From assembly GCA_051530055.1 (NCBI GenBank), contig CM121341.1:6922784-6986783 (forward strand): a DNA stretch of 64,000 nt, given 5' to 3'. Below are positions 12,571 to 26,205 of the stretch, in pieces. Within the stretch, counting starts at the first letter, position 1; each line of letters starts with the position of its first letter. Under the pieces are notes generated by a model. The model saw only the letters and a list, made by a program, of their open reading frames with translations. It was not told the DNA's origin and made no database searches. This DNA is from Neoechinorhynchus agilis. Taxonomy: Eukaryota > Animalia > Acanthocephala. Both the position numbers and the translations under genes were made by a program.

Positions 12571-15500
12571 TTATTTTGAAATTCCATCGATTGAGAATGG
12601 ATGTGCTTCTGTATTAAAAACGAAATGGTCCAAAGACAGAACATTTTCGTCGCAGAATATCAAATAAATGTACTTGAGGGTCTCGGAAAGGAAGAAGCTC
12701 TGTTGAACATCGTCTTTGGCTGAATTCGTCTTATATACATCCCTCAATCCGACGAAACCACCAGTGTCCACGTGACAAAACTGAATGAGCGCTTTCACAA
12801 CATCCCATGCCCATTCCCGGTATTTATGATCACCGGTCACCCTAAACAGATAAAACAAAGATTCAACATACTCGGGTCTTAATATATAATGCTTTGAACC
12901 CATATTTGGCATTGGAATACCTTGAGGAGAAACCTGGAATATCTCCGGTCCTAAATGAACACTCGTGCTCTCGTATCCTCGCCGACACATCATAGTGAGA
13001 TCCTTGGCTAGTTGAGACCAATAGTCAGAAGTGCCTTGTTTAGAACGAGTTTGGTTGTATGCCAAAGCGTAGAGACCTCCAGAAAAACATGCCAAATGTT
13101 CCATGGTGTTACGAAATCGACCGAAATCTTTAACCCCAAAATAAGCTGAGTCGTTATATCTTCGAAGTAGCTCCTTTTCAATGCTTGACATGGCATCAAC
13201 GTAAATGTCGAGTTGGGTTTGGTTCTTTTTATTGCCAAGAAGGTATACTTTAAGAAGGTATTCGTAAAAACTGTCACCCGATGCACCAAGGCTCAAATGA
13301 CCGTTACAATTTGTTCGTTCGTTAATCGGAATAAAATCGTTGTACAGCCCTGTTTCTGGAGATCGGTGCTTATAGTATATTGGAAGAGTAAAGGATTATA
13401 GAAGATTCGGCTTAATTAGTCTAAAAAATCTGCAATATTTTGTTTTTTGGACTAAAAAGACGCAATATTGTACGTATTTCTCACGAATAAGCTCAAACCT
13501 ACTCGAAATTCAGACTGTTTCTAAAAGTTCCAAATAAATTAGCGTTTTTAAAACGGCAACTTAGTGCTATTAAATGCAAATTTGAAAGTCAAGAACAATT
13601 GAAAGCTCTTTTACTCCTCGTTATGCGGTCAAACTGTTCTCGGATAGCATTGGCGTACTTAGCATCTCCCGTCAGTTTGGATAGATACTCAAACTCGAGC
13701 GATAATGTTCCACATTCACTAAGCACGACACAATTCGTAGACAATCCATTTGCAATCTGAGACGATAAGTCAACGTTTGATAGAAACAGTTTGGCTTCTT
13801 TATTGTACGCACCTAGTAGAAGATCTCCGACGAGTGTGGCTTTTTCCAACAAAATCTGATCATTTCCTCCTCGTAGAGTATAAGCACTCAAAAGACCTCC
13901 AAGGATCCGGATCGTTGTCTCAAACACTGAAATCGAACCAGCGATTTTTTCAGGATGGAAATGGTTTTTGACCCACTCCAAACCGGTTTCAAATTCCGGC
14001 ATAAGATCGGCAATGATCAAAGTATCAAGGGAATCAATCAAAGTAACACCCAATGTTCCTCGTCTTCCGAACAAATGAGAATTAAAAGGGCTCCGTTTGA
14101 TTGGGCAAACTTCATTAGCGTTTATGTCAATACTCACGAATGTGGACCAAGCATCTTTGATCATTTCTCGGACGTATTTGTGACGATTTAAATGTGTTTG
14201 AAGATTAATGTTACAAAAATAACATTTGTGCCTTGTGATCCGATCAAAAATCGTTCAATTGACTAAGAAATCATCTTTTTTTTAATGATCAAAATGGCAA
14301 TAATTTCAATTTTATCGACTAAAAACGCGAAGATTTTAAAGGGAATTTGAATAATAAATTTCTAAAAGTGTTTGTGAACGATGAGAAAGCGGATGATCTT
14401 CAATAAAAACGAGACGTTAAGAAACAAAAATAACATTTGTGCCTTGTGATCCGATCAAAAATCGTTCAATTGACTAAGAAATCATCTTTTTTTAATGATC
14501 AAAATGGCAATAATTTCAATTTTATCGACTAAAAACGCGAAGATTTTAAAGGGAATTTGAATAATAAATTTCTAAAAGTGTTTGTGAACGATGAAAGCGG
14601 ATGATCTTCAATAAAAACGAGACGTTAAGAAACAAAAATAACATTTGTGCCTTGTGATGCGATCAAAAATCGTTCAATTGACTAAGAAATCATCTTTTTT
14701 TAATGATCAAAATGGCAATAATTTCAATTTTATCGACTAAAAACGCGAAGATTTTAAAGGGAATTTGAATAATAAATTTCTAAAAGTGTTTGTGAACGAT
14801 GAGAAAGCGGATGATCTTCAATAAAAACGAGACGTTAAGAAACAAAAATAACATTTGTGCCTTGTGATGCGATCAAAAATCGTTCAATTGACTAAGAAAT
14901 CATCTTTTTTTAATGATCAAAATGGCAATAATTTCAATTTTATCGACTAAAAACGCGAAGATTTTAAAGGGAATTTGAATAATAAATTTCTAAAAGTGTT
15001 TGTGAACGATGAGAAAGCGGATGATCTTCAATAAAAACGAGACGTTAAGAAACAAAAATAACATTTGTGCCTTGTGATGCGATCAAAAATCGTTCAATTG
15101 ACTAAGAAATCATCTTTTTTTAATGATCAAAATGGCAATAATTTCAATTTTATCGACTAAAAACGCGAAGATTTTAAAGGGAATTTGAATAATAAATTTC
15201 TAAAAGTGTTTGTGAACGATGAGAAAGCGGATGATCTTCAATAAAAACGAGACGTTAAGAAACAAAAATAACATTTGTGCCTTGTGATCCGATCAAAAAT
15301 CGTTCAATTGACTAAGAAATCATCTTTTTTTAATGATCAAAATGGCAATAATTTCAATTTTATCGACTAAAAACGCGAAGATTTTAAAGGGAATTTGAAT
15401 AATAAATTTCTAAAAGTGTGTGAACGATGAGAAAGCGGATGATCTTCAATAAAAACGAGACGTTAAGAAACAAAAATAACATTTGTGCCTTGTGATCCGA

Positions 15501-16260
15501 TCAAAAATCGTTCAATTGACTAAGAAATCATCTTTTTTTAATGATCAAAATGGCAATAATTTCAATTTTATCGACTAAAAACGCGAAGATTTTAAAGGGA
15601 ATTTGAATAATAAATTTCTAAAAGTGTTTGTGAACGATGAGAAAGCGGATGATCTTCAATAAAAACGAGACGTTAAGAAACAAAAATAACATTTGTGCCT
15701 TGTGATCCGATCAAAAATCGTTCAATTGACTAAGAAATCATCTTTTTTTAATGATCAAAATGGCAATAATTTCAATTTTATCGACTAAAAACGCGAAGAT
15801 TTTAAAGGGAATTTGAATAATAAATTTCTAAAAGTGTTTGTGAACGATGAGAAGGCGGATGATCTTCAATAAAAACGAGACGTTAAGAAACAAAAATAAC
15901 ATTTGTGCCTTGTGATCCGATCAAAAATCGTTCAATTGACTAAGAAATCATCTTTTTTCTAATGATCAAAATGGCAATAATTTCAATTTTATCGACTAAA
16001 AATGCGAAGATTTTAAAGGGAGAACCTCGCACATTCAAATCTACACTCGTGTACAACCGTCTAAGTTCAGAGTCCCGAGTAACGTTAAGATCCAGCTTCG
16101 CTGGAGTAAAGGTCCGAACTCCTCGAAGTCGTCTTGGTTCATAAGGATTACTATTCGATTGATCGCTATTGCTCAATAAAAGAAAAGTGAACACAAACAG
16201 CGCTGTCGTGAACACGGCCAACATCTTCAATCGATCGCGACGAACTCGTAAAACCCGCAT
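12571..16260 (-). CDS. MAN1A: Class I alpha-1,2-mannosidase (GH47), type II membrane protein
   Basis: N-terminal TM segment; FETTIRILGGLLSAY, GDSFYEYLLK, HLACF, LRPEYVES, QQSFFLSETLKY, FNTEAHP; introns ~16025-14167 and ~13606-13349. Confidence 0.9.
14213..16021. repeat. ~210 bp tandem array, ~8.6 copies, in mannosidase intron 1
   Basis: aacatttgtg anchor at 14221, 14432, 14640, 14850, 15060, 15270, 15478, 15688 and 15898. Confidence 0.97.
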
Positions 16261-17684
16261 TTTGAAAGTCAATAAAATATCTTAAATTGAACATGTTTAG
16301 AAAAATAACAACCAGCAGCAAATATTTGGAATGTTTCAATTCTTGGGAGCTAATATCTGTGGCGGCAATGCATTTACCACCGCCACCACTACCGAACCCT
16401 ATGAGACTTCCACATAACTTCGAGAACTGAATGGAGTATTCTAAAGTTCTTTAAACTAATAAAACACCGAAACATTCGCTTCCAAAAAACTTTATTTTTA
16501 ATTCTAAATTTTCAATTCGTAAAGGGGTTTAAACCCGACAACATTTTAAAGTGATTTTGTTGTTGTTTACACAAAAAAAGGTGAAAAACCCACCGAAGCT
16601 TCTCGACACGGTTTTTTCTGGACGTCCTCGCCAACAACAACATAAAAACGACTCGAAATTCGTCACACCAAGAACTCGTGTTCTCTTCACGGCGATTACA
16701 CCAAGTCAACGATTAAAAAACCTTCTCACAAGTCCCGAAAAACACTCCGAAATTCATATCTTTGTCTATGAAACCGTTTTAGCCGGCTTGCCCGACTCCC
16801 GGATAAAATCTGTTTTATTGAATATTTGAAAGGTTTTTTACCGTGTAATTTTCTCGATTATTTTTCCACGGAAATGGCAGGAAGAACACCAGTAAAGTTC
16901 GTTCGTATTTAAAATCTCCACTAAAACGCGAAGGTGAACTTGAAAGTCATTTTAGTTGTCGGAAAGAGATAAATACTCGCTTACGTAAAATGTTTTCGAG
17001 CTTTACACGAAAATAAAATTTAATCCAACCGTTTGATGAGTATATCTAAGGCGAGATGTGTTTACGATTCACAAATCGACATTTTGGAGATTTCTCGCTT
17101 CGTTTTTAAATAACGAGTCATTTGGGATTTTCTTCAATTAAATTTTTATTCTAAATCCAATTTATACGCGTGATATTTACTGGGATCCCCTCATTTTATT
17201 TTCCTGAATTCTTATTCGTCAATGCACAATTATTGCAAATTATACTTCGCATTAGGAAATTTTCTAAGCAGACTTCTAAAGATCTTCGGCCTTGCAAGTG
17301 TCGTGGTTGTTTGTGATTCTTTCTTAAAAATTTGGCGTAACGATTGAGTTTTGAACATTTGGGTCAAAATTTGGTTAGAATTTTACAGCCGGACTTGAGA
17401 CCGTTCTCCTTCTTTCGAGAGAGAAATACGTGAATGAGATTTCGTTCTGAACAATCGGAAACGAAAATATGAATCGATCGATGATCGGTTGCAAATAAAA
17501 TCAGAATCCTCCGAGAGGGAAGGATTTGTGCTCCTTCTTATCAAAAGCGTTTTTATAACACGTTCGTCTTTAAAAAAAGGAGATTTATCAAATTTTTTGT
17601 GCTGTTGTAACGATAAAAAATATTCATTTCCGAGATATTTCGCGTGGAAACGGAAGTTAAGATTTCGAGAAAAAACTTTGATTG

Positions 17685-18412
17685 AGTATGGAAGCATTTT
17701 GGCTTTTTTTATTAAAAATATTGCTCAAATTTGAGAAACAATTCAAGAAAAAAGCCGTAAGACGGCGAAATTTCTCTTAAATTAAGATTTTTTTTATTGT
17801 TACGGCAGTCCAAGAGTGCATTTTTGAGAAAAAACTTTGAGTATGGAAGCATTTTGGCTTTTTTTATTAAAAATATTGCTCAAATTTGAGAAACAATTCA
17901 AGAAAAAAGCCGTAAGACGGCGAAATCTCTCGGAAATTAAGATTTTCTTTTTATTATTACGGCAGTCCAAGAGTGCATTTTTGAGAAAAAACTTTGAGTA
18001 TGGAAGCATTTTGGCTTTTTTTATTAAAAATATTGCTCAAATTTGAGAAACAATTCAAGAAAAAAGCCGTAAGACGGCGAAATCTCTCGGAAATTAAGAT
18101 TTTCTTTTTATTGTTACGACAGTCCAAGAGTGCATTTTTGAGAAAAAACTTTGAGTATGGAAGCATTTTGGCTTTTTTTATTAAAAATATTGCTCAAATT
18201 TGAGAAACAATTCAAGAAAAAAGCCGTAAGACGGCGAAATCTCTCGGAAATTAAGATTTTCTTTTTATTGTTACGACAGTCCAAGAGTGCATTTTTGAGA
18301 AAAAACTTTGAGTATGGAAGCATTTCGGCTTTTTTATTAGAAAGATTCCTCAAATTTGAGAAACAATTCAAGAAAAAAGCCGTAAGACGGCGAAATCTCT
18401 CGGCGACAAAAA
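17685..18412. repeat. 157 bp tandem array, ~4.7 copies
   Basis: gagtatggaagcatttt recurs every 157 bp; identical ORFs repeat in the ORF track. Confidence 0.95.
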
Positions 18413-20009
18413 TGGCAAAACGGTAGTAAATACGTTTTAAAATAGAGAATCCAATTGAAAAAATTTATCAAAGCCACAAAAACTGTAGAAATTATTCAAC
18501 TCTTACATTTGGGGCATCATATTTAAGAAATCGAACCGTGCATAAGAGAATCGGCTACTCTCTAATCCTTTGTTTTTAATTTTCGATTATACATTAGTAT
18601 CGACTTTATTGAATCTAACTGGAAATGTTGAATTGGTCGCTGGGTTCCATGGGGGTTGCGAGGCTGCTGGGAGGGTAGGAATCAGGTTTGGGATCGCCCA
18701 CAGACCCCCCTTCGAATGCGATTGAGCGCCTCCGAGGTCTGTGAGTTTGCCGAGAGGCCCTGAGTGTATGCGATTTAAGATAAATAAGAAGACAAACTGT
18801 AAATGGTCATAGAAAGGATTTTCTGAATACCTTTTTTTATCCGCAATTATCCACTAACTTGGGAGTACGATAACGAGTACCTTGATGAGATGGTTTTCTC
18901 AGAAACCACCTTCTACGAGTGTACTCGCGATTGTTAGCGCCGCAACATAATAGATCTCTCTCTTCTCCATCGTTACCTCACGGAAAACCGAATAGCAACC
19001 AAATTTTGCTATTCCGTTTTTGTTCTTAATAAATAAACAAATTTATACAATTCTCGTTTTATTATTGATTACATGAATCCAAATGGAACATTGAATTGGC
19101 TGGTCTTCAAAGCTTGTCTTCGGAGTCTATTCTGTTCAGAAGAACAAATTTAATGTTTTCATCCATTGCTATGTTGTGGATTTCAGTAAAGATTCAGTGA
19201 GCCAGTCGCAACGTTCCTTATTTTTTGCGAATAGTAATGGTGTTCTTGTGGGAAATTGGAACAATCAAAAAAGTTAATATATTTATGATATTTAAGAATT
19301 CAAATGATTGCATTCGAGCGTAATTTTCGCTTTATTCGAATCTGTTTTTTCAAATACTTTTACAGGGAAACAATAAGAATTTAAATACAGAAATCGTTTG
19401 AAAATAGAAAACTTCAAGTATGCTACATAAATACGTTGACCACGTCCGGCGGAAACTTAAATGTAGGAATCAATATAAAGTGTACGTTTGTGAATATTTT
19501 CTAGCATTAAAAATGCTAAATTTTACACTTTGTCGTTGGTCATTCCGCATTTAGAATGAATACCATTGAAGTTTTTTTTTCGTTATTTTTCTCAAATTCT
19601 ATTCTAACCTCTGCTCCTTTTTCCTTATTGCCCAATTTTCTCACGGATATCATAAACCGAAATGAAACTGATTGAAGATGCGTCCCCATAAACTCTCCTC
19701 GATGCGAATAACCAAACAACTTTCCCACTAGACCGAACCCGTCATCCACTCAAAAATCAATAACCACATTCAAGAAACCAATCATTTGATGCTCTTATTA
19801 TAATGCTAAATGTATGAATACTACAAAGGTCAGAAATTACAATTCATCATCGAATCAAATCTGATCTATTCGTTCTCCTGTCTTAAATAAATCATTCAAA
19901 TGCAAACAAATTATGTATGAGCACTCGTTAAAATTATGCATTAACTAATTAGAGTAAGCGTTAAACCGGGCCAAAAACCTCAATTAAGTTTCTTTTGCAC
20001 ATTACAAAG

Positions 20010-22310
20010 ATTGAAAATTAAAAGATTTTGATGAAAATCCTTATATAGAGCGAAAAAGGAGATTTTTCTATAAAAAAACTATAAATTCCATCCAATTGTT
20101 CCTTCGAATGGATGTGTATTCTCAATGGCGAATTGTTACACACTCGGCTTTTATTATTGAAATCTTCATTGCAATTGTTTGAAGGCCTCAGCCTCCTTCT
20201 CAAGCATTTCTTGTAAGTTTTTAATTTAAAAACTTAATAATAAAGCTGGGAAAAACTATAAAAGTCAACTTGGTGTCAACATTTTCCTGAGTCATTTGTC
20301 TCGCTCTCTCACAACGCAAGCGCATACGTTTCTAAATCTCAATTCTTTGAACAAAAACAATGGATAATGAACAGCAAACGCTCAATAGTGGTATTGAAAA
20401 TTAAAAGATTTTGATGAAAATCCTTATATAGAGCGAAAAAGGAGATTTTTCTAAAAAAAACTATAAATTCCATCCAATTGTTCCTTCGATTGGATGTGTA
20501 TTCTCAATGGCGAATTGTTACACACTCGGCTTTTATTATTGAAATCTTCATTGCAATTGTTTGAAGGCCTCAGCCTCCTTCTCAAGCATTTCTTGTAAGT
20601 TTTTAATTTAAAAACTTAATAATAAAGCTGGGAAAAACTATAAAAGTCAACTTGGTGTCAACATTTTCCTGAGTCATTTGTCTCGCTCTCTCACAACGCA
20701 GAGCGCATACGTTTCTAAATCTCAATTCTTTGAACAAAAACAATGGATAATGAACAGCAAACGCTCAATAGTGGTATTGAAAATTAAAAGATTTTGATGA
20801 AAATCCTTATATAGAGCGAAAAAGGAGATTTTTCTATAAAAAAACTATAAATTCCATCCAATTGTTCCTTCGAATGGATGTGTATTCTCAATGGCGAATT
20901 GTTACACACTCGGCTTTTATTATTGAAATCTTCATTGCAATTGTTTGAAGGCCTCAGCCTCCTTCTCAAGCATTTCTTGTAAGTTTTTAATTTAAAAACT
21001 TAATAATAAAGCTGGGAAAAACTATAAAAGTCAACTTGGTGTCAACATTTTCCTGAGTCATTTGTCTCGCTCTCTCACAACGCAGAGCGCATACGTTTCT
21101 AAATCTCAATTCTTTGAACAAAAACAATGGATAATGAACAGCAAACGCTCAATAGTGGTATTGAAAATTAAAAGATTTTGATGAAAATCCTTATATAGAG
21201 CGAAAAAGGAGATTTTTCTATAAAAAAACTATAAATTCCATCCAATTGTTCCTTCGATGGATGTGTATTCTCAATGGCGAATTGTTACACACTCGGCTTT
21301 TATTATTGAAATCTTCATTGCAATTGTTTGAAGGCCTCAGCCTCCTTCTCAAGCATTTCTTGTAAGTTTTTAATTTAAAAACTTAATAATAAAGCTGGGA
21401 AAAACTATAAAAGTCAACTTGGTGTCAACATTTTCCTGAGTCATTTGTCTCGCTCTCTCACAACGCAGAGCGCATACGTTTCTAAATCTCAATTCTTTGA
21501 ACAAAAACAATGGATAATGAACAGCAAACGCTCAATAGTGGTATTGAAAATTAAAAGATTTTGATGAAAATCCTTATATAGAGCGAAAAAGGAGATTTTT
21601 CTATAAAAAAACTATAAATTCCATCCAATTGTTCCTTCGAATGGATGTGTATTCTCAATGGCGAATTGTTACACACTCGGCTTTTATTATTGAAATCTTC
21701 ATTGCAATTGTTTGAAGGCCTCAGCCTCCTTCTCAAGCATTTCTTGTAAGTTTTTAATTTAAAAACTTAATAATAAAGCTGGGAAAAACTATAAAAGTCA
21801 ACTTGGTGTCAACATTTTCCTGAGTCATTTGTCTCGCTCTCTCACAACGCAGAGCGCATACGTTTCTAAATCTCAATTTTTGAACAAAAACAATGGATAA
21901 TGAACAGCAAACGCTCAATAGTGGTATTGAAAATTAAAAGATTTTGATGAAAATCCTTATATAGAGCGAAAAAGGAGATTTTTCTATAAAAAAACTATAA
22001 ATTCCATCCAATTGTTCCTTCGATGGATGTGTATTCTCAATGGCGAATTGTTACACACTCGGCTTTTATTATTGAAATCTTCATTGCAATTGTTTGAAGG
22101 CCTCAGCCTCCTTCTCAAGCATTTCTTGTAAGTTTTTAATTTAAAAACTTAATAATAAAGCTGGGAAAAACTATAAAAGTCAACTTGGTGTCAACATTTT
22201 CCTGAGTCATTTGTCTCGCTCTCTCACAACGCAGAGCGCATACGTTTCTAAATCTCAATTCTTTGAACAAAAACAATGGATAATGAACAGCAAACGCTCA
22301 ATGGTGGTGA
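20010..22310. repeat. 383 bp tandem array, 6 copies, each containing the proximal upstream region and ATG of the Kv gene
   Basis: aacaATGgataatgaacag at 20360, 20743, ~21126, ~21509, ~21893 and 22276. Confidence 0.97.
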
Positions 22311-25089
22311 TAAACGACGGAATGAGCTTTATGCTCGACGACTCGCGTTATTCTCCTTATCAACAAGCTCCGATCATGGCTACGATACGGTAACAGCGTC
22401 AGGAGCCGGCGGTGGTCATAAACGAAACAAATCATCGAGCAGGTACTTCTTATAACTTTTCTGTAGATAAATTTTTGTATGTTTTATATGGTGGAAAATT
22501 TGAAGTAATTTATCATGTCCGATATTTCGCAAAAAACCCTGTGCTTCGCTAACGATCTTTCATTGCGAAAAAACTTCATAACTTTATTGTTTCTCTATAC
22601 TTCAATAATTGTGATAAAGGCACAAGATTTTGTTGAAATATAGGATCCAATAAATTACTTCCATAAATTTATGTCATATCGAGAGAAAATCCATATCGGG
22701 ATGGTAAATTTTGATTTGTGGTGAAGATAATCACCCGGTTACGAATCATTTTATTCTTCTAAAATATTTCGAAAGAGAGGAAATATCGCCTGATCAATCG
22801 TTTAAAAAAGCTTTTAGTTATAACCAAAGGCGAGGCACCACAAGTCAAAACATAAATTTATATTTTCTTTTTATTATTTTTGCCACTCCGGATTTAATTT
22901 ATTTCCTCGATATTTCACCTCCCGGATAATTCCGATATTTCCTCAAAGTTTGTCATTGTGAATTAATTCACAATGACAAACCTTGATAATTTCGGAAATA
23001 AATCAGTGTAAATCCGGGATTGCAAAACTACCAAAAAAAATATATTTTCTCCTGAAGACAATAATCCAAGACAATTCGTATTGGATATACGAGTTCATTA
23101 GCTTTGAGAGGTAGTTTTAGTTTTATCTGCTAAAAGCAGGATTTTTACTTTGTAAAATATCGTGGTTTTAATGGTTAATTTAACAATCTCACTCTCCCTA
23201 TCAAAGTGATCGAATTTGTTCAATACAAAAAAGTAGGAAATAACTGTGTTGAAAGCCAGTAAATATTCAAACACAATAATGATAATTTGCAGTGCTTCTT
23301 TAATGAGACATCTCTGAATAGGCAATTTTATGATTGATAGTGTAAAAATTGTAAGATGGATTAATTTTTCATCACTGGATTAAAGGTTGAAACTTTACTG
23401 ATTCTCGTTTGTTTAGATTCCGGATGTTTTCCGAAAGTCCAAGCATGGAGGATTCGTTCTCCACCTTGCCTCCAAGTCCAACGACAGGCGATCGTAGAGT
23501 GACTCCTCAGCCTTTAAGTTCGTTCCAAAAAACCCAAGAACGACTCCGAACAATATCTCAGGTTCATAAGCTACGAACGTCGACTTCCACATTTAAATGG
23601 CTTATTTCACAAAGCTTGGTAAGCGGAGAATCTTCGCGACCATACGATCAAGTGGTAAACATAAATGTATCGGGGATGATTTTCTCTGTTTATAAATCGA
23701 CATTAATGCGACATCCCGGCACTTTATTGGCAGATAGTGATAATTTGGAAGAGTATTACATTCCGGATAGAAATATGTACTTTTTCGATCGACCACGATT
23801 ACCGTTTGCAGCGATCTTGTCCTTTTATCAAAATGGAGAAGTTAGAAGACCGCCTTCTGTGAGCATAAAGACGTTTCTGCGTGAACTTGACTTTTTCCGG
23901 ATTAAAGGGGATGCATTTGACCGGTTCATAAGGAGTATTTGTGGATGTTTTCGGCAGAAGGTTTACCGTCTTCAATCTAATCCAACATTTAAAGCTTTTC
24001 ACCTACATATTCGGTAATTCTAAATGAACCTTGTATTTAAAAAAAATGGATGCGAGTTTATACTTTTAAGTTTTGCTCGATATGAGGTTCGATTAGATAA
24101 ACTGTAGAGTTTTAAGTTATTTGCGTTCTAAAATTCGGTCTCCACAAAGTCACCATAAAAGATGAAAAGTTGGATACTCTTTTCAGCGCACCGGAATTAC
24201 CAGAAAATCGAAAAAAGGCGATAATCTTCGCTGTACTGGACGCCCCTGAGTCCTCACTTCTCTCACTTTTTATCTTCGTAGTGCGGATAGTAATCATATT
24301 GTTCCTCGCGGTACTCCCGTTCTTCGGCGAAATTAATAACGGGCTTCAGCAAAGTACAATTGGAATCTGTAGCTCAATCGGAAGTACAATACTTTTAGTC
24401 GATTTAATTATAAGATTTGCGATCCGTCCATCATCCAAATCATTCTTCACTTCATTTTACAATATTTGTGACCTTGCTGGAGCCGTGGCCTTTATCGTAT
24501 CGGTCATCATGGTCATAATTGAGACGGAAATATGAGAAACGAGCTCTTTGAAAAATCTTAAATTTCTGGCTGTAAGAATGAAACGAAAATAACAAACCTT
24601 ACTCCTGCTCCATTCCGAATTCTCCAAGTATGTCGACTAGTGGAAACCACTAGACTTTTTCGATCGCATATGGGCATTTCGGTAATCAAAACGCTTCGTT
24701 CGTCCTCAATCGAAGTGCTTGCAATATTGGGAATTATAGGAATAATGTCTGTATTTTTTGGAGTATTGATCTATTTTGCTGAACTAACGGCTCCTGACAA
24801 CTCATCAAATCTTAGCAATGTCGGTGATGGCGTTTGGTTTGCATTGATTACGATAACCACTGTTGGATATGGAGAAATTTCACCGTCTACGATACTCGGT
24901 CGAATCATGGCGTCCTTTTGTGGAATCATCGGTGTGCTCATCATTGCAATGGTCGTCCCGGTTGTATCAAATTTATATCAAGAGTTCTACGATCGGCAAA
25001 AAGACGCTAAAATGTTTGCAGATGATATAATTAAAGAAAATTGGTTCATGGCTCCGAACAAGATAGTGGAAAAGGAGGTGAAAAAATAA
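22276..25089 (+). CDS. KCNA: Shaker (Kv1)-type potassium channel subunit with degenerate S4
   Basis: Exon 1 22276-22442 (phase 2, matching the TTTAG|A acceptor at ~23416); T1 domain YFFDRPR..F.AILSFYQNG; pore WFALITITTVGYGE; further introns near 23935-24171 and ~24510-24576. Confidence 0.88.
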
Positions 25090-25510
25090 AACCACTAAAT
25101 TAGAAATCTTTAGTGCTCTATGTTCGCTTATGCCTCGTTTCAGATTTAAACCAGGAAATTTCAAAGCTAGAAATATGTGTGACTTTGAACAAATACTTTT
25201 TATCAAGCCGTTTTTACTTTGATTTTGTATAAAACTTTTTGCATTCACTCTAAAAAACTGAATTGCTCGTCCTTGCTAAACTATGTAACTTTATTTACAA
25301 ACCATGAGAAAAAGTGTATTACAGACAGTCAATCTTTAAAAAAAAGAGACTCCAACGGTTGTCTTTTAACTTGCATTTTAATCTCGTTCCGTTTCCGGTA
25401 AATCGAAATCTAAACTTATCAATAATCAAGCGGATTATTTTTCGCGGCAACGTTGCCGAGGTGATTATTTTGCTTTTAAACTCACCATTACAGATATGCG
25501 AATATTCTCA

Positions 25511-25774
25511 ATGAAGTTTGCTTTATTAATGGTATTAAGTTGTTTGCTACTGGAAACCCTGCTTGCCCGCTACACAACGAGTGAAGTGCTCGTAATCGAC
25601 CGTAGGGCGATTCAGGAGCCCCGTTTGGACAAAAGAGAAGACAACACTGCCGGTGAGAGAACTGGAAGCCCCAATATAGTTCACCAAGCAAAGGAATCGG
25701 CAACGAAGTTGTTCAAAGGTTGGGTCGATTATTGGAAGAAAGGAATGTCGGTTTTCACGAAACCTCCTAAATAA
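25511..25774 (+). CDS. Small secreted precursor (neuropeptide- or antimicrobial-peptide-like)
   Basis: Hydrophobic signal peptide MKFALLMVLSCLLLETLLA; dibasic RR, KR and KK sites; AATAAA downstream. Confidence 0.6.
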   Translation: MKFALLMVLSCLLLETLLARYTTSEVLVIDRRAIQEPRLDKREDNTAGERTGSPNIVHQAKESATKLFKGWVDYWKKGMSVFTKPPK

Positions 25775-26205
25775 TTTCAATGTTGATTTTTAAATTTTGA
25801 AAAGTTTTATTTTTTAATAAACGTTGGTGTGTGACCAAGTACAAGGGGGGGGGCTATGTGATTAGAAGAATTATTGCCTAAAAGTCTTCATCACCCGGTA
25901 AATGATTTTTTTATTGATTAAAAACGTTCTGCGAACTGCAAAATCAAAGAAAATCAATTAAAAGAATCACGTTGGACAGAGTTTATACGCTTAAATAGTC
26001 TATCAAATACGATACCACCGAATAAAAATGTTTGTTTTCTGGCGAAGAAATTAAATCCGATGTTTGGGTACAATCTTGTACGCCTTTTTTTAACAAGGTT
26101 GTTAGTTCGGACAACCCGTATGAACCATTTAATCTTCAAACAAAACTGTTTGTGTTTCTAAGGTAACCCTAAGATCCAAATTTCGACTAGTAAACTTCCA
26201 ACTCA

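Noticed and set aside
16875-17620. Possible small plus-strand spliced gene (MAGRTP...)
   Set aside because: Splice phases can be made to fit, but there is no homology support
17800-21736. Repeated ORFs in the 157 bp and 383 bp arrays
   Set aside because: By-products of the repeats with no recognisable protein features
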